Source of the DNA: Octopus bimaculoides
Taxonomy: Eukaryota
Direction: 5' to 3'
NCBI RefSeq assembly: GCF_001194135.2
Contig: NC_068985.1
Location: 26,453,059 to 26,496,819 of the forward strand
DNA: 43,761 nt
The notes below the pieces were generated by a model. That model was not told the origin of the DNA. It worked only from the letters and a program-made list of their open reading frames with translations, and searched no databases. Below are positions 1 through 10,234 of this stretch, one piece after another (the first letter of the stretch is position 1; each line of letters begins with the position of its first letter). Position numbers and translations under genes: made by a program.

Positions 1-179
1 ATATATATATATATATATACCAGGTGTGCAACTTAAATTCTTAACATGCACATATGATGAGTGTTGACTGATCAACTTTACATGAAACTTGAAGTCATGA
101 GCATCATGTTTTTGTATGATTTTCATTAAACTACATCATATTATATATATGCACATGTGTGTTTTTATACATAGACATG

Positions 180-850
180 ACAGGTACCAGCACTAGAGAA
201 GATGTCTTGCTCACCAGTCACTCTGGCGGGAGCACAATTTTATGATTTCCCAGTCTAGCACCAACACAGGAAATGTAGAGAATATTCAGTAACCTAAGAC
301 ATGTAGACTAAATAAGTGGGGTCAAAAGTAGGTAAGGGAAACAAAAATGTAAGTGTAAAGTGTACTCAATAACCTAGGACATGTACATTTGCTTAGATGG
401 CCAAGGATGGTATTTGAAGATAGAATAATGAGATGAGAAGGATCAGTTGTAATAGACTGTTATTTGGGGTTGAGTGAAGAGGGGAGTGATTGGCTATAAC
501 AGAAGTTGGCAAAGGTAACAGTTGGAGATAAGTTAAGAATAGGTGATGGGTGAGTGGCAAGCAAGACAACCTCTTTGGTACCGATATCATAAAAATGCAT
601 TCAGTACATGATATAAAGTAGCTGGCAAATGAGCAGAGAAAGTGTAGGTTTGTGAGCTATCTTAAGTCCTGTCTCACTAAGGGCTCTAGTGTTGGTGCCA
701 TGAGAAAATGCACCTGATATACGCTGTAAATTGTTTGGAGATAGGTATGGCATCCAACCATAGAAGCCAAACCAAATGATATGTATGAGCATCAGTCTAT
801 AGGAGCAATGACCTCCAGTAAGAAATGATTTAAACTGTAATGGCCTATCC
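180..850 (-). mobile_element. Decayed Penelope-like element: RT C-terminus, linker and GIY-YIG relic
   Basis: Minus-strand translation across stops and frameshifts gives DAIPISKQF, LFLTY...PL, SKC.TCP and IFYISC...SDW*ARHL. These are in the order expected for PLE thumb, Cys-linker and GIY-YIG (IYCISC...DR.AEHL). Confidence 0.4.
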
Positions 851-1294
851 AACCCTTACTGACATGGAAAGCACAGATAGAATAATGATGATAACAGACA
901 ATCATATTATGCTCAAATACCTATTTGGCATGGTTTTTACAGTTGGATATCTTTCCTAATACCTGCTACTTTACAGTGTGTACTGCTTGCATTTTCTCAC
1001 AGTATCAGCACTTGAAAAGTCATGAAGCCCCTTGGAAAGTCTAAAGAGTCATCTCAACTCTATGTTGTAGCTACTTGATTTGCCAACTACTTTACAGAAT
1101 GTACAAAATACTCTTTTTGCGGTTCCAGCACTTGTGACTCAGAAGGCTAAAGATCCTCCATTACTGAAAAGGAAAATAGGATAGAGAGAGAGAGCAATGA
1201 CTTTAGGTCAGATGTTGAAAGAAGTTTCAGTATGATATGTGTGTGCATTCGTGCACGTGCGTGTGTACACTCACACACACACACACACACACAC

Positions 1295-1470
1295 ATTATC
1301 ATCATCATCATTATACATTCACTCTTCATGCTGGCATGGATTGGGTGGTTTGATGGGATCCAACTGGCCGGAGGACCATGTCTTGCTGTTATGTCTCAGT
1401 TTTGGTATAGTTTCTATTACTGGATGCCCTTCCCAATGCCAGCTACTTAACAGGGTCTGTTGCATGCTTT
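1295..1470 (-). mobile_element. RTE-LINE 3' UTR fragment with (GAT)n tail
   Basis: (ATC)n followed by ...catgctggcatgga...tttctattactggatgcccttcccaatgcca. This is the reverse complement of the 3' UTR that follows the RTE ORF end at 26178-26539. Confidence 0.6.
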
Positions 1471-1539
1471 TTTCTTGGCCCCATCACTATGAGATTGCCC
1501 TGCAAAGAGCCCTTACAACTGGGAGAAAAAAGAAAGACT

Positions 1540-2095
1540 AGTGTTAAAGGATTAGTGCGAGAGTCACAGAATGATTGGAAGTATAGTGGGGTGGGTTGAG
1601 TAGGAGGAGATGGGTGGGGTAGATGACGTGGTGTCAGAAGGGAGGTAAAGATGATGGTGACAAGGAGCCAGAGTGTACTATCAAGGTAAAATGTTCAAGA
1701 AAGTGAATGAAAGAGAGCATGGGAATAGAAGGATCAGGAAGGGTGGGTGTGTGCATATGTGTGTGTGTTGTAGAGTGAGTGGTAGATAGAATTTGGAGTT
1801 GAGGCAGTCAACAGTAAATAGGGGGTGAAGATAGTCAATGGATCAATGGTGAAAATGAAGCTTGGGTGTCCATAGGAAGTGACTTAAGAAAGAGGTCAGG
1901 AAGTACAGGAAGGGTGTGATACAAGATGTAGTATTGAGTTCTGTTTTCATGAATTACAACAGCAGGATTTATAGAGTAAATAAGCGAGTGATAATATGGG
2001 GTGGGGATTGAATCATAATGAGTCACAGAGATGATTGGGAGACAGTAGGTTTAGACTTGACAGGGACATATTGGGCACAGAATCCAGATGTTTGC
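1540..2095 (-). mobile_element. Decayed Penelope-like reverse transcriptase relic (upstream part of the 180-850 element)
   Basis: Broken frames give LDS..PVKS.PT, LFTL, VIHE, LIH*L...TVDCLNSKFYL, FIHFLEHF and SPSSLP. These are collinear with PLE RT motifs (SLPT..D..HAL, LFTMD..SLYT.IPH, LIRL.ELVLTLN.F.F...YL, ISxxSLPFLD). Confidence 0.45.
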
Positions 2096-2129
2096 TTACA
2101 CATACTTCCAATCTTCATCACTACCACCA

Positions 2130-2860
2130 TTTTAACATCTATTTTGCTATGCTTGTATAAATGAGTTCTGTATTTCACCAATCATCCCAGTCCCTTGTCA
2201 TTACCTCCTTGACATCCTGAGGTCAGTCTTCATTACTTAGTCCCACATCTTCCTGGGTTTCCCCTTTTCCACAGGTTCCATCCACTGTAAGCAGTTGCCA
2301 CCTTATACAGCTGTCCTGATCTGTATACATCACATGCCCATACCAATACAGTTTTCTTATTTTCACACAACATATAAGTTTCACTGCATAAGATTCCTTT
2401 GATACCAAGTTTTTCTCTCAGCACATTTATACTTTGTCATTTATGTGCACTGACATTATACATTCAGCAGAGCATGCTTGCTTCATTCCTTTCTAGTTGT
2501 TTCAGGTCCTCTGCATTCATTGCCCTCATCTTATTACTTTGTAGCATTGCAGTTTGTACATCAGATCATACAGTCTACTTTTCACTTTGAGAGAGAAACC
2601 TTTTTTTGTTACCAACAGAAGTAATAGCTCCTTAAACTTTCTCCAGCCTGTTCTTTTGGCTGTTAAACTTTCAGAATGTCCTTCCCCACTGCTAATTAGA
2701 TCACCAAGGTAATGGATGCCCTCAGCTATTTTTTGGGACTCTTCTGGACATTTGAGAGAATCTGTCCCTCATGCACTTTTAGTGATTTTTACTCCTGCAC
2801 ATCTATTATATAAAATGTTTGCTTTCTCTATTAACTGCCTGTAATTCCACTGCACCTTTC
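2130..2860 (-). mobile_element. RTE-clade LINE, 3' part of ORF2 (degenerate)
   Basis: Minus-strand frames give RCSGI..RC, HYLGDLISSGEG, RTGW.KFKELL, SLKVK.RLYD, LREKLGIKGI, LYWYGHV and RGNPG (RGRP-like). These are typical RTE ORF2 C-terminal motifs. Confidence 0.8.
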
Positions 2861-3469
2861 CCATATATTAAGCAAGGTCATTTCTCTCAACCAACTCTAG
2901 GTTAGTTGTGGTTGCCTTGGTGGATTCTGTGTTCTTCAGACTGCAGATAAATGACAGACTGGATTTGGTCTTCTACCTTGAAGTAGAATTTATTAATGAC
3001 TTTTCATTTCTTTAAAAGCATACACTTTTAGAATCAGGATGTTTCTGGGATTGAAAATCTGCCTTTCATTTGGTTCTCGAACATCCAGCATTGGGATCTG
3101 ATTTAAAAGCATTTGGGTTGCTATTTCTAGCAGGTAAAGCTTGGCTGATTCACACCATCTTGGTTGTCATTTGTCAGATGATGTCAGAGATCAAGGGGGA
3201 GATAAATAACATTAGCTTCATTAATTTTACATTGTGATAAAGACTTTTGGACAAATTGGCCAACAGTTGGAATTCAAATTGGGATTGGAACAATAGAATA
3301 ACTGCATTACATAATTAATTCACATCTGTCCTTAACATCACCAGTGCATATATAGTCATTATAGATGTATTATTGTCATGCTATTTAGCTCTCTTTAGTT
3401 TTGGGCCACAGGCCCTATTAGCTCTCTACAAGAGCTAGCTCAAAAGTTCACACAGAATGCGGCTTTTAA

Positions 3470-3636
3470 GCTAGTTTCTTTCTGTTTCTCCTTGTTTCTT
3501 TCTGTGTTCCTTTCTGTGGAAGAGCATAGGCTCGAAATGTTAAAGACTTTTTCAATTCCCAAGCGTTATACTAATACATCTGTTTGTTTTCTACACCACC
3601 TGTCTTCGTCTTTTGATTTTTTTGTGAATTCTCCCT
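3470..3636 (+). mobile_element. Dispersed repeat resembling a Penelope-like terminal repeat, with hammerhead-like motif (copy 1)
   Basis: Clearly homologous to 31950-32130 over ~160 bp (tctccttgtttctttctgtgttcctttctgt.gaagagc...gctcgaaa.gt.aaagac...gagcgttatactaatacatc...acaccacctgtc...gaattctccc). Ends in (TA)n before a gap. Confidence 0.6.
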
Positions 3637-3652
3637 ATATATATATATATAT

Positions 3653-4326
3653 NNNNNNNNNNNNNNNNNNNNNNNNNNNNNNNNNNNNNNNNNNNNNNNN
3701 NNNNNNNNNNNNNNNNNNNNNNNNNNNNNNNNNNNNNNNNNNNNNNNNNNNNNNNNNNNNNNNNNNNNNNNNNNNNNNNNNNNNNNNNNNNNNNNNNNNN
3801 NNNNNNNNNNNNNNNNNNNNNNNNNNNNNNNNNNNNNNNNNNNNNNNNNNNNNNNNNNNNNNNNNNNNNNNNNNNNNNNNNNNNNNNNNNNNNNNNNNNN
3901 NNNNNNNNNNNNNNNNNNNNNNNNNNNNNNNNNNNNNNNNNNNNNNNNNNNNNNNNNNNNNNNNNNNNNNNNNNNNNNNNNNNNNNNNNNNNNNNNNNNN
4001 NNNNNNNNNNNNNNNNNNNNNNNNNNNNNNNNNNNNNNNNNNNNNNNNNNNNNNNNNNNNNNNNNNNNNNNNNNNNNNNNNNNNNNNNNNNNNNNNNNNN
4101 NNNNNNNNNNNNNNNNNNNNNNNNNNNNNNNNNNNNNNNNNNNNNNNNNNNNNNNNNNNNNNNNNNNNNNNNNNNNNNNNNNNNNNNNNNNNNNNNNNNN
4201 NNNNNNNNNNNNNNNNNNNNNNNNNNNNNNNNNNNNNNNNNNNNNNNNNNNNNNNNNNNNNNNNNNNNNNNNNNNNNNNNNNNNNNNNNNNNNNNNNNNN
4301 NNNNNNNNNNNNNNNNNNNNNNNNNN
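3653..4326. other. Assembly gap (N run); others at 24038-24073, 30393-30402, 36763-36862, 37317-37654, 42931-42991
   Basis: Runs of N, most abutting (TA)n, (CA)n or (CT)n tracts. Confidence 1.
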
Positions 4327-4346
4327 TGAAACTAATACTAAAGGTT

Positions 4347-4621
4347 TGTTGCCAGTACCGCCGAACTGGCTCCTGTACGGGTGGCACGTAAAATACGCAA
4401 TTTTGAGCATGGCCGTTGCCAGTACCGCCTGACTGGCCTTCGTGCTGGTGGCACGTAAAAGCACCCACTACACTCTCGGAGTGGTTGGCATTAGGAAGGG
4501 CTTCCAGCTGTAAAAACTCTGCCAAATCAGATTGGAGCCTGGTGTAGCCATCTGGTTTCACCAGTCCTCAGTCAAATCGTCCAACCCATGCTAGCATGGA
4601 AAGCGGACGTTAAATGACGAT
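4347..4621 (+). mobile_element. RTE-LINE 3' UTR / RTE-tailed short element with internal ~67-bp duplication
   Basis: Two copies of ttgccagtaccgcc..actggc...gtggcacgtaaaa, then gtggttggcattaggaagggc.tccagctg...catgctagcatggaaagcggacgttaaatgacga. Homologous to 26320-26539 and 43625-43761. Confidence 0.75.
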
Positions 4622-4633
4622 TAAAAGTATCAG

Positions 4634-4848
4634 TAGGTGGTAAACTGGCAGAATTGTTCCGTATTGGATAAATTGCTTAGCAGCATTTCTTCTGACTTTA
4701 CATTCTGAGTTCATATACAGCTGGGTCAGCTGTCTTTCGTCCTTTCAGGGTCAATAAAATAAGTACCAGTTAAGCACTGGGGTCAATGTAATTGACTTAT
4801 TCACTCCCTGGAGTTACTGGCCTTGTGCCAAAATTTGAAACTGATATT
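4634..4848 (+). mobile_element. tRNA-derived SINE family C (older)
   Basis: Head ggtggtaaactggcagaattgtt... and body cctttcagggtcaataaaataagtaccagtt..ctggggtcaatgtaattgac. Homologous copies at 13530-14095, 20090-20285, 31570-31690 and 32470-32580. Confidence 0.7.
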
Positions 4849-5087
4849 AAAGGTATTAACAAAATTTATATTAACCCCATTTACAAAACCAGTTGAAAAG
4901 TTACTTGGTGCCCAACCTATATTGAAATGTATGTATGTATTGATATTCATATATATGTCCTGTGTAAACATGTATGCATGTCTATATAAGTACTCTTTTC
5001 TGTATGAGTGTTTGTATTTATGTATGTATGCTTATATTTATATACACATTTAAACATATGCACATATATGTATATTTTACTGTATAT

Positions 5088-5461
5088 CTCTTTTACTCTT
5101 TTACTTGTTTCAGTCATTTGACTGTGGCCATGCTAGAGCACCGCCTTTAGTCGAGCAAATCGACCCCAGGACTTATTCTTTGTAAGCCCAGTACTTATTC
5201 TATCGGTCTCTTTTGCCGAACCGCTAAGTTACGGGGACGTAAACACACCAGCATCAGTTGTCAAGCGATGTTGCGGGGACAAACACAGACACACAAACAT
5301 ACACACACACACACACACACATACATATACATACATATATACGACAGGCTTCTTTCAGTTTCCGTCTACCAAATCCACTCACAAGGCTTTGGTCGGCCCG
5401 AGGCTATAGTAGAAGACACTTGCCCAAGGTGCCACTCAGTGGGACTGAACCCGGAACCATA
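5088..5461 (-). mobile_element. Octopus-type tRNA-derived SINE family A, young, head-truncated
   Basis: Nearly identical to 23801-24302, 24922-25312 and 30242-30613. CpGs retained; central (CA)n/(TA)n tract; (TCTTTTAC)-type tail. Confidence 0.9.
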
Positions 5462-5846
5462 TGTAATATTTGTATGTTGAAGTTTAATTACTGTAATTAA
5501 CAACATAAAAGATGCATAAGCTTATTCTTTGCACTACAGTTTCAACAACACATATACAAGTTAAAAATTTCTTAATGCATTGAAGCATGTAATATATGCA
5601 CAATTTCACAAAAACGACCTGGTGTAATATTTTGGAGACATTTTATTTTTGAAAAAAATGTGTCATATGTCATCAAATATGGTATATGTGTGTGTGTGTT
5701 TATTTATATATGTAGGGAAATGTATGTATACTAACTTCTGAGATTGTGTACAAAATTTGAAACAAAACACTTATATATGTATATGTCCATCCACTATCAA
5801 TGAAAAATTTATACAAATACCAAAGAGTAACATCCTCCTTTATCTA

Positions 5847-6058
5847 CAGGGTGTCCACAAAGTCTGGGTACATGGGGATTAACACATACTTTAAGAAATT
5901 ATTATTTCTTATATTTAATTGTTTATGTTATGATTTTATTTACTCCATGTAACCACATGGGGATTAACACATACTTTAAGAAATTATTATTTTTTATATT
6001 TAATTGTTTATGTTATGATTTTATTTACTCCATGTACCCAGACCTTGTGGACACCCTG
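5847..6058. mobile_element. Tc1/mariner-type MITE
   Basis: TA target sites at 5845-5846 and 6059-6060. 29-bp TIRs cagggtgtccacaaagtctgggtacatgg / ccatgtacccagaccttgtggacaccctg (1 mismatch). Interior is an 82-bp unit duplicated. Confidence 0.9.
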
Positions 6059-6071
6059 TAGAAAACTAGTA

Positions 6072-6294
6072 TTTTAGTATTCAGATTACTCTGTCATATG
6101 TAATATTTATTTATTCACATTGTTTTATGGATTAATCTTGTATCATCTTGCAGCTTCGAAATTTCAATGATGTGATTGTATAATTTTAGAATGACATTGT
6201 AGGATAGGTGTGAGAGGTCTAACTGGCTGGTTCAAATATAAAACCAATTGAATATTTGGGCTGGATGTGGCCAGTTTAAATGCTAAAGAGTTAA
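6072..6294 (+). mobile_element. piggyBac-like MITE (copy 1, left end eroded)
   Basis: ...cattcagattactctgtca...aaatgctaaagagttaa; homologous to 6585-6813, 7242-7436 and 29491-29718. Confidence 0.75.
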
Positions 6295-6584
6295 ACATTA
6301 ACTTTTTTACTTAGTTGGAGATATGTTTGAATGCTAACTTTCAACCACTAAATTTGGCTTGTAATCAATCTGTGCTGCTATAGAAATCTAATCTCTGGTT
6401 ACCTGTGTTTATATTCATGAATGAATAAATGCAAACAATGACAAAAAATCAACCAGGGTAACGACTAATTGCTTACATTGAATAGATCTAACTTAAACCA
6501 CTTAACCTGAATTAAACAACACTAATGTCATCTATTCTACCAGAACAATAGCTTTACCCTGTTTTTCCTTTCCAGCATTATCTC

Positions 6585-6813
6585 TTAACCCTTTAACATT
6601 CAGATTACTCTGTCAAATTTAATGCTTATTTATTCAGATTGTTTTGAAATAATCATGCATTATCTCCTAGCTTCAAGATTTCAATGATGTGGTGGTTTAT
6701 TATCAGAATAACATAGTAGGGTATGTGTGAAAGGCTAAATCTAGCCTGTCTAAGCATAAAACAAGGTAGAATATTTGGGTCAAATATTTCTGGTTTAAAT
6801 GCTAAACAGTTGA
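6585..6813 (+). mobile_element. piggyBac-like MITE (copy 2)
   Basis: Begins TTAAcccttta.cattcaga and ends aaatgctaaacagttga; TTAA-CCC terminal signature. Confidence 0.8.
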
Positions 6814-7049
6814 ATGTTTCCTCCTCTTTAGTCTGTTACTTTTTTCTCCAGAAGCTAATTTTTTTCACCTTTTCAATTAAATGATCCATAAATATATTTC
6901 TTTGTAGGCTACAAAAATCAATTATTATACCACACCTACTTTGCAACCATATTGTCCTACCCACCAGATGAAAGAAACTTGTACACATAAGGTTTGGAAA
7001 ACCAAAAGCACTTCCATCTATCTATCATTTATCTTCATCACTCATCATT

Positions 7050-8760
7050 TTTTCTATTCACTGTATAATGTTACTGGTGAAAGTAAGGCATCAATGGCCC
7101 TCTCTTGTCTGTCATTTGTCATGATCTTTTCTTTATTTCTATAGGAGATATGAATATATATAAATCTTGGTCTACAGTAATTCCACTCTTGGAATGATTA
7201 ACATTCAAATGCCTGAGTTTCCTCTCTTATTAGATTTTACATTAACTCTTTACCATTTTATTCGGCCGTATCTAGATTATGTTCAAATTAGCACACCTAT
7301 GCTATAATGTTATTCTAAAAATAAGCAATCACATCATCAAAATCTCAAAGCTACATGATAATGCATGATTAATTTGAACCAATGTGAATAAATAGGCATT
7401 ACATTTGTTAGAGAAATCTGAATGCTAAAGGGTTAAATTTCTTTTTCAATACTGCAATCACATCCTTCTCAAATACTTCATTTCTACAGAACACAAAATC
7501 ATCAATATGCATTGTCAGAATATCCATCAGTTTTCTACTAGCAATAATGCCAGAGAAATAAATCATTGCAATAAGCATTTTCTATTCTTCCTGGTTCAGT
7601 CTATACTTCAGTAACTTTCTTATACCATGACCAAACTGCATCATTCAACCTACAGGTGCATCACTTCAGTTTCTACATCTATGACTTTAAACACACATCA
7701 GAAATTAACTGAAGGAACAACTCTCTCTTTAGCATTATCACTTTGCAAAAATTCTGAGGTGAAATCAAGAGTCTGCACTTGCCTATTCATAACATGCAGT
7801 TAACATTATTAATTGCATGGCTTCACAGTTGCATGTTGGAGAGTCTGCTTTTAGATCACTTGACTCTTCCTCACAACCATGTGCAACAAGACGGGACTTC
7901 ATCAGCCCCTTATTATTATCTTTGTGTTTCTCAGCAATTACCCACTGTGTTAATGTAGTTTTCTTACACATTCATGTATATCATATACATCATGATTCCT
8001 CATATCTCATTCCTTATGCTTAGCACCAGCACCTTTTCTCATGCTTGTCTACTTGAACAGTTTTCTGAGTTACCACTCCTCATTGACGCACATGTTTCAG
8101 TTAACACATAAATGATCTTTCTCTTTTCCTGGTATTATATTCAGCCAGTTACTATTTCACTTTTGCCTTTGGCTGTGTTGCCATAGTTTTTTTCTCCTTT
8201 CTATTTCTTACACACATTCATTTTATATTTCTACCTGGTTATTCAGTCTTATCTTTTAAATCAACTTTGTTCTGATTCAGAACCATCTAACGAGAAAAGA
8301 TATATTTTTCACATTCTTCCTCTTTCACTGCAGTTGTATTTTTCATGCTTCTTTTAGGTTCTTCCATCACAACTTCCTTGCCAGAATTTTTTTTGTTCTT
8401 GTAACCATCATTTGACATAGACGCATTCTGTAAAATGCTCCTCCATAATTAATTAATCGAATCTTCTTTGACCAATACCTTTATAGGTTTTATAATAAAT
8501 TTGGTTACCAGTAACAAAATCTTCATCAACATAACTCCTTGCTTTAGACATCAGTGCTCTCCTCATTTTTCTCACTAGCCTCAACTTCCATGAAATTCTT
8601 TCTTTCAGTATGAAAGTCACTGATTGTTGTGAATTCCAGAGCAGGTAACCAGTCTCTCAGAACTATGAGTGTGTTCATTTGGACTATGTCCTAAGTAATT
8701 CAGGAGTGCATTTTTGCATTAATTGCCCATGCCAAGACTATCTCTGACTCATACTTCACA
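7050..8760 (-). mobile_element. Degenerate Copia-superfamily LTR retrotransposon pol: integrase C-terminus, spacer and RT
   Basis: Minus-strand motifs in order: EIVLAWAINAKN, WLPALE, FMEVEASEK.RRAL, TGNQIYYK, WLNIIPGKE, QWVIAEK, KSRLVAHGCEE..DSPTC, LDFTSEFLQ, LNDAVWSWY, MHIDDFVF, KKKF, then past the MITE EETQAF..GITVDQDLYI. INT-before-RT order is diagnostic of Copia. Confidence 0.88.
7242..7436 (-). mobile_element. piggyBac-like MITE (copy 3) inserted into Copia RT
   Basis: Bounded by TTAA at 7242-7245 and 7433-7436 (tctgaatgctaaagggTTAA). The Copia RT reading continues on both sides. Confidence 0.85.
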
Positions 8761-8761
8761 T

Positions 8762-9362
8762 TTTCTAATGTTTTCTGTAGTGCTTCTGTTTCTAACCATG
8801 ACAACTAGTATCGTGATTAAACTAAATTTCATACAGAGTTTCATGGAAGACAGACTAGTGAGGAGATTAAGAAGAACACTGAGGTTTAAAGTGAGAAGTT
8901 ATGCTGATGAAAACCATGCTACTGGTGACCAAATATGCTATTGAAACCAAAACTTCAAAAGATGGTAAAATCCTGCCAGAGTGTTGAATAGTGAAGGTTG
9001 TATCAGTTAGACATGGAGATGCATTTTACTGAAGGTGCCTGTGTTAAATGATGGTGTGCAAAATCAAAAAGGACTCTGACAAGGAAATTATGATTAGGGA
9101 ACTTAAAAGAAATGTGAAAAATACATATATAGTAAAGGAAAAGTGTGAGGATCTATTTACTGAGAAAAGTAGAGTCTTGAATCAGAAAAATGTTGATTTA
9201 AAAGATAGGACTAAAAGAAGCAGGCTGGAATAAAAGAGTGAAATATAAAATTAATAGATGCAATGAATAGAAAGGGGGGGGGGACTATGACACATAACCA
9301 AAAGCAAAAACAAAATACTGTCAATGGTTGAATATGATGTCAGGAAAAGAGAATGAAGATCC
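8762..9362 (+). mobile_element. Inverted paralogous Copia integrase-C-terminus/spacer segment
   Basis: FMEDRLVRRLRRTLRFKVRSYADENHATGDQICY, VRHGDAFY and WLNMMSGKENED. Alignable by eye to the reverse complement of ~8110-8700 at roughly 70% identity (estimate). Confidence 0.8.
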
Positions 9363-10230
9363 TTTTTGTGTTAAATTCACCTTCATTTTTGCTTTAAAAT
9401 TGACTGGGAGTTTCAAAATAAGATGACAACATCAAAGGTACATTCCTAATGATTTATTCAATTTTCTTAGTTTTCAATAATCTGACAGCAGAGTATCTAG
9501 TAGTGGCACCACTAAAATTCAGAATCCAGGACTTCTTGTAAATGTGTTCCTTCAGATCAGTGCACACTGTGTCACTCAACTTATTTGTAAGAAGCAATCC
9601 CTCTATGGGTCTCCATGAACATCTTATAAACATACAATGAATTTAACAAGAGATGCTGATTTCTATAGTTCATCATCCTTTAATCTTCTACTCTTTCAAT
9701 CTAAAGACTCTAGTTTTTCCTTTGAAGCATGAGCAAAATGCAGTGGAATTTTTCAGGCTTCTTCTTTTCTGCACTGGCACATTTATATAGAATTTTCACT
9801 TGTAACATAATGTTTGGAATACTGCATGTTAGTTAATAACAGCATGTTAGTTAAAGAAATACTATAGTGACTTGACAATGTGATTTTTAGTTTAACAGAT
9901 TTACCCAAAATTCTACTGTAGTCATTTTTTAACTCCATTCTGCCAGTTTTCATAGATTTGAGGTTTAAAAGAAGTGAATTGGCTTCTATAATGTATAAAC
10001 TGGCGTTTCCTATAATGAGATAAAACTTTCCCACTTTAATGCCATTCCAGTACTAAAGCAGAAACTTTTGTCAGAAGCTTATCTCTGTTACTCAGTGTAT
10101 CTAGAAATACTTATAACCAGTGTTTTTTTTTTTTGGCAATTATATGAACAGAGACAGAGTCTAATATTCTCATATCAAGCACTTCTTTCACAAAGGTAGA
10201 CCTCTATCTCTCAGTCCAAATGACAGTTGA
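9360..10230 (-). mobile_element. Copia pol relic: aspartic protease, HHCC zinc finger and integrase core
   Basis: ILDSV (LDSG-like), LLLNLKSMKTGRMELKND..ILGKSVKLKITLSSHYSISL, HFAHASKEKLESL, VCTDLKE..ATTRYSAVRLLKTKK...SYFETP..SKNEGEFN. Confidence 0.85.
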
Positions 10231-10234
10231 CAGC

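Noticed and set aside
3492-4561. Long ORFs (~300 aa) in the track at 3492-4561, 36626-36999 and 37235-37696
   Set aside because: They are artefacts of translating N runs.
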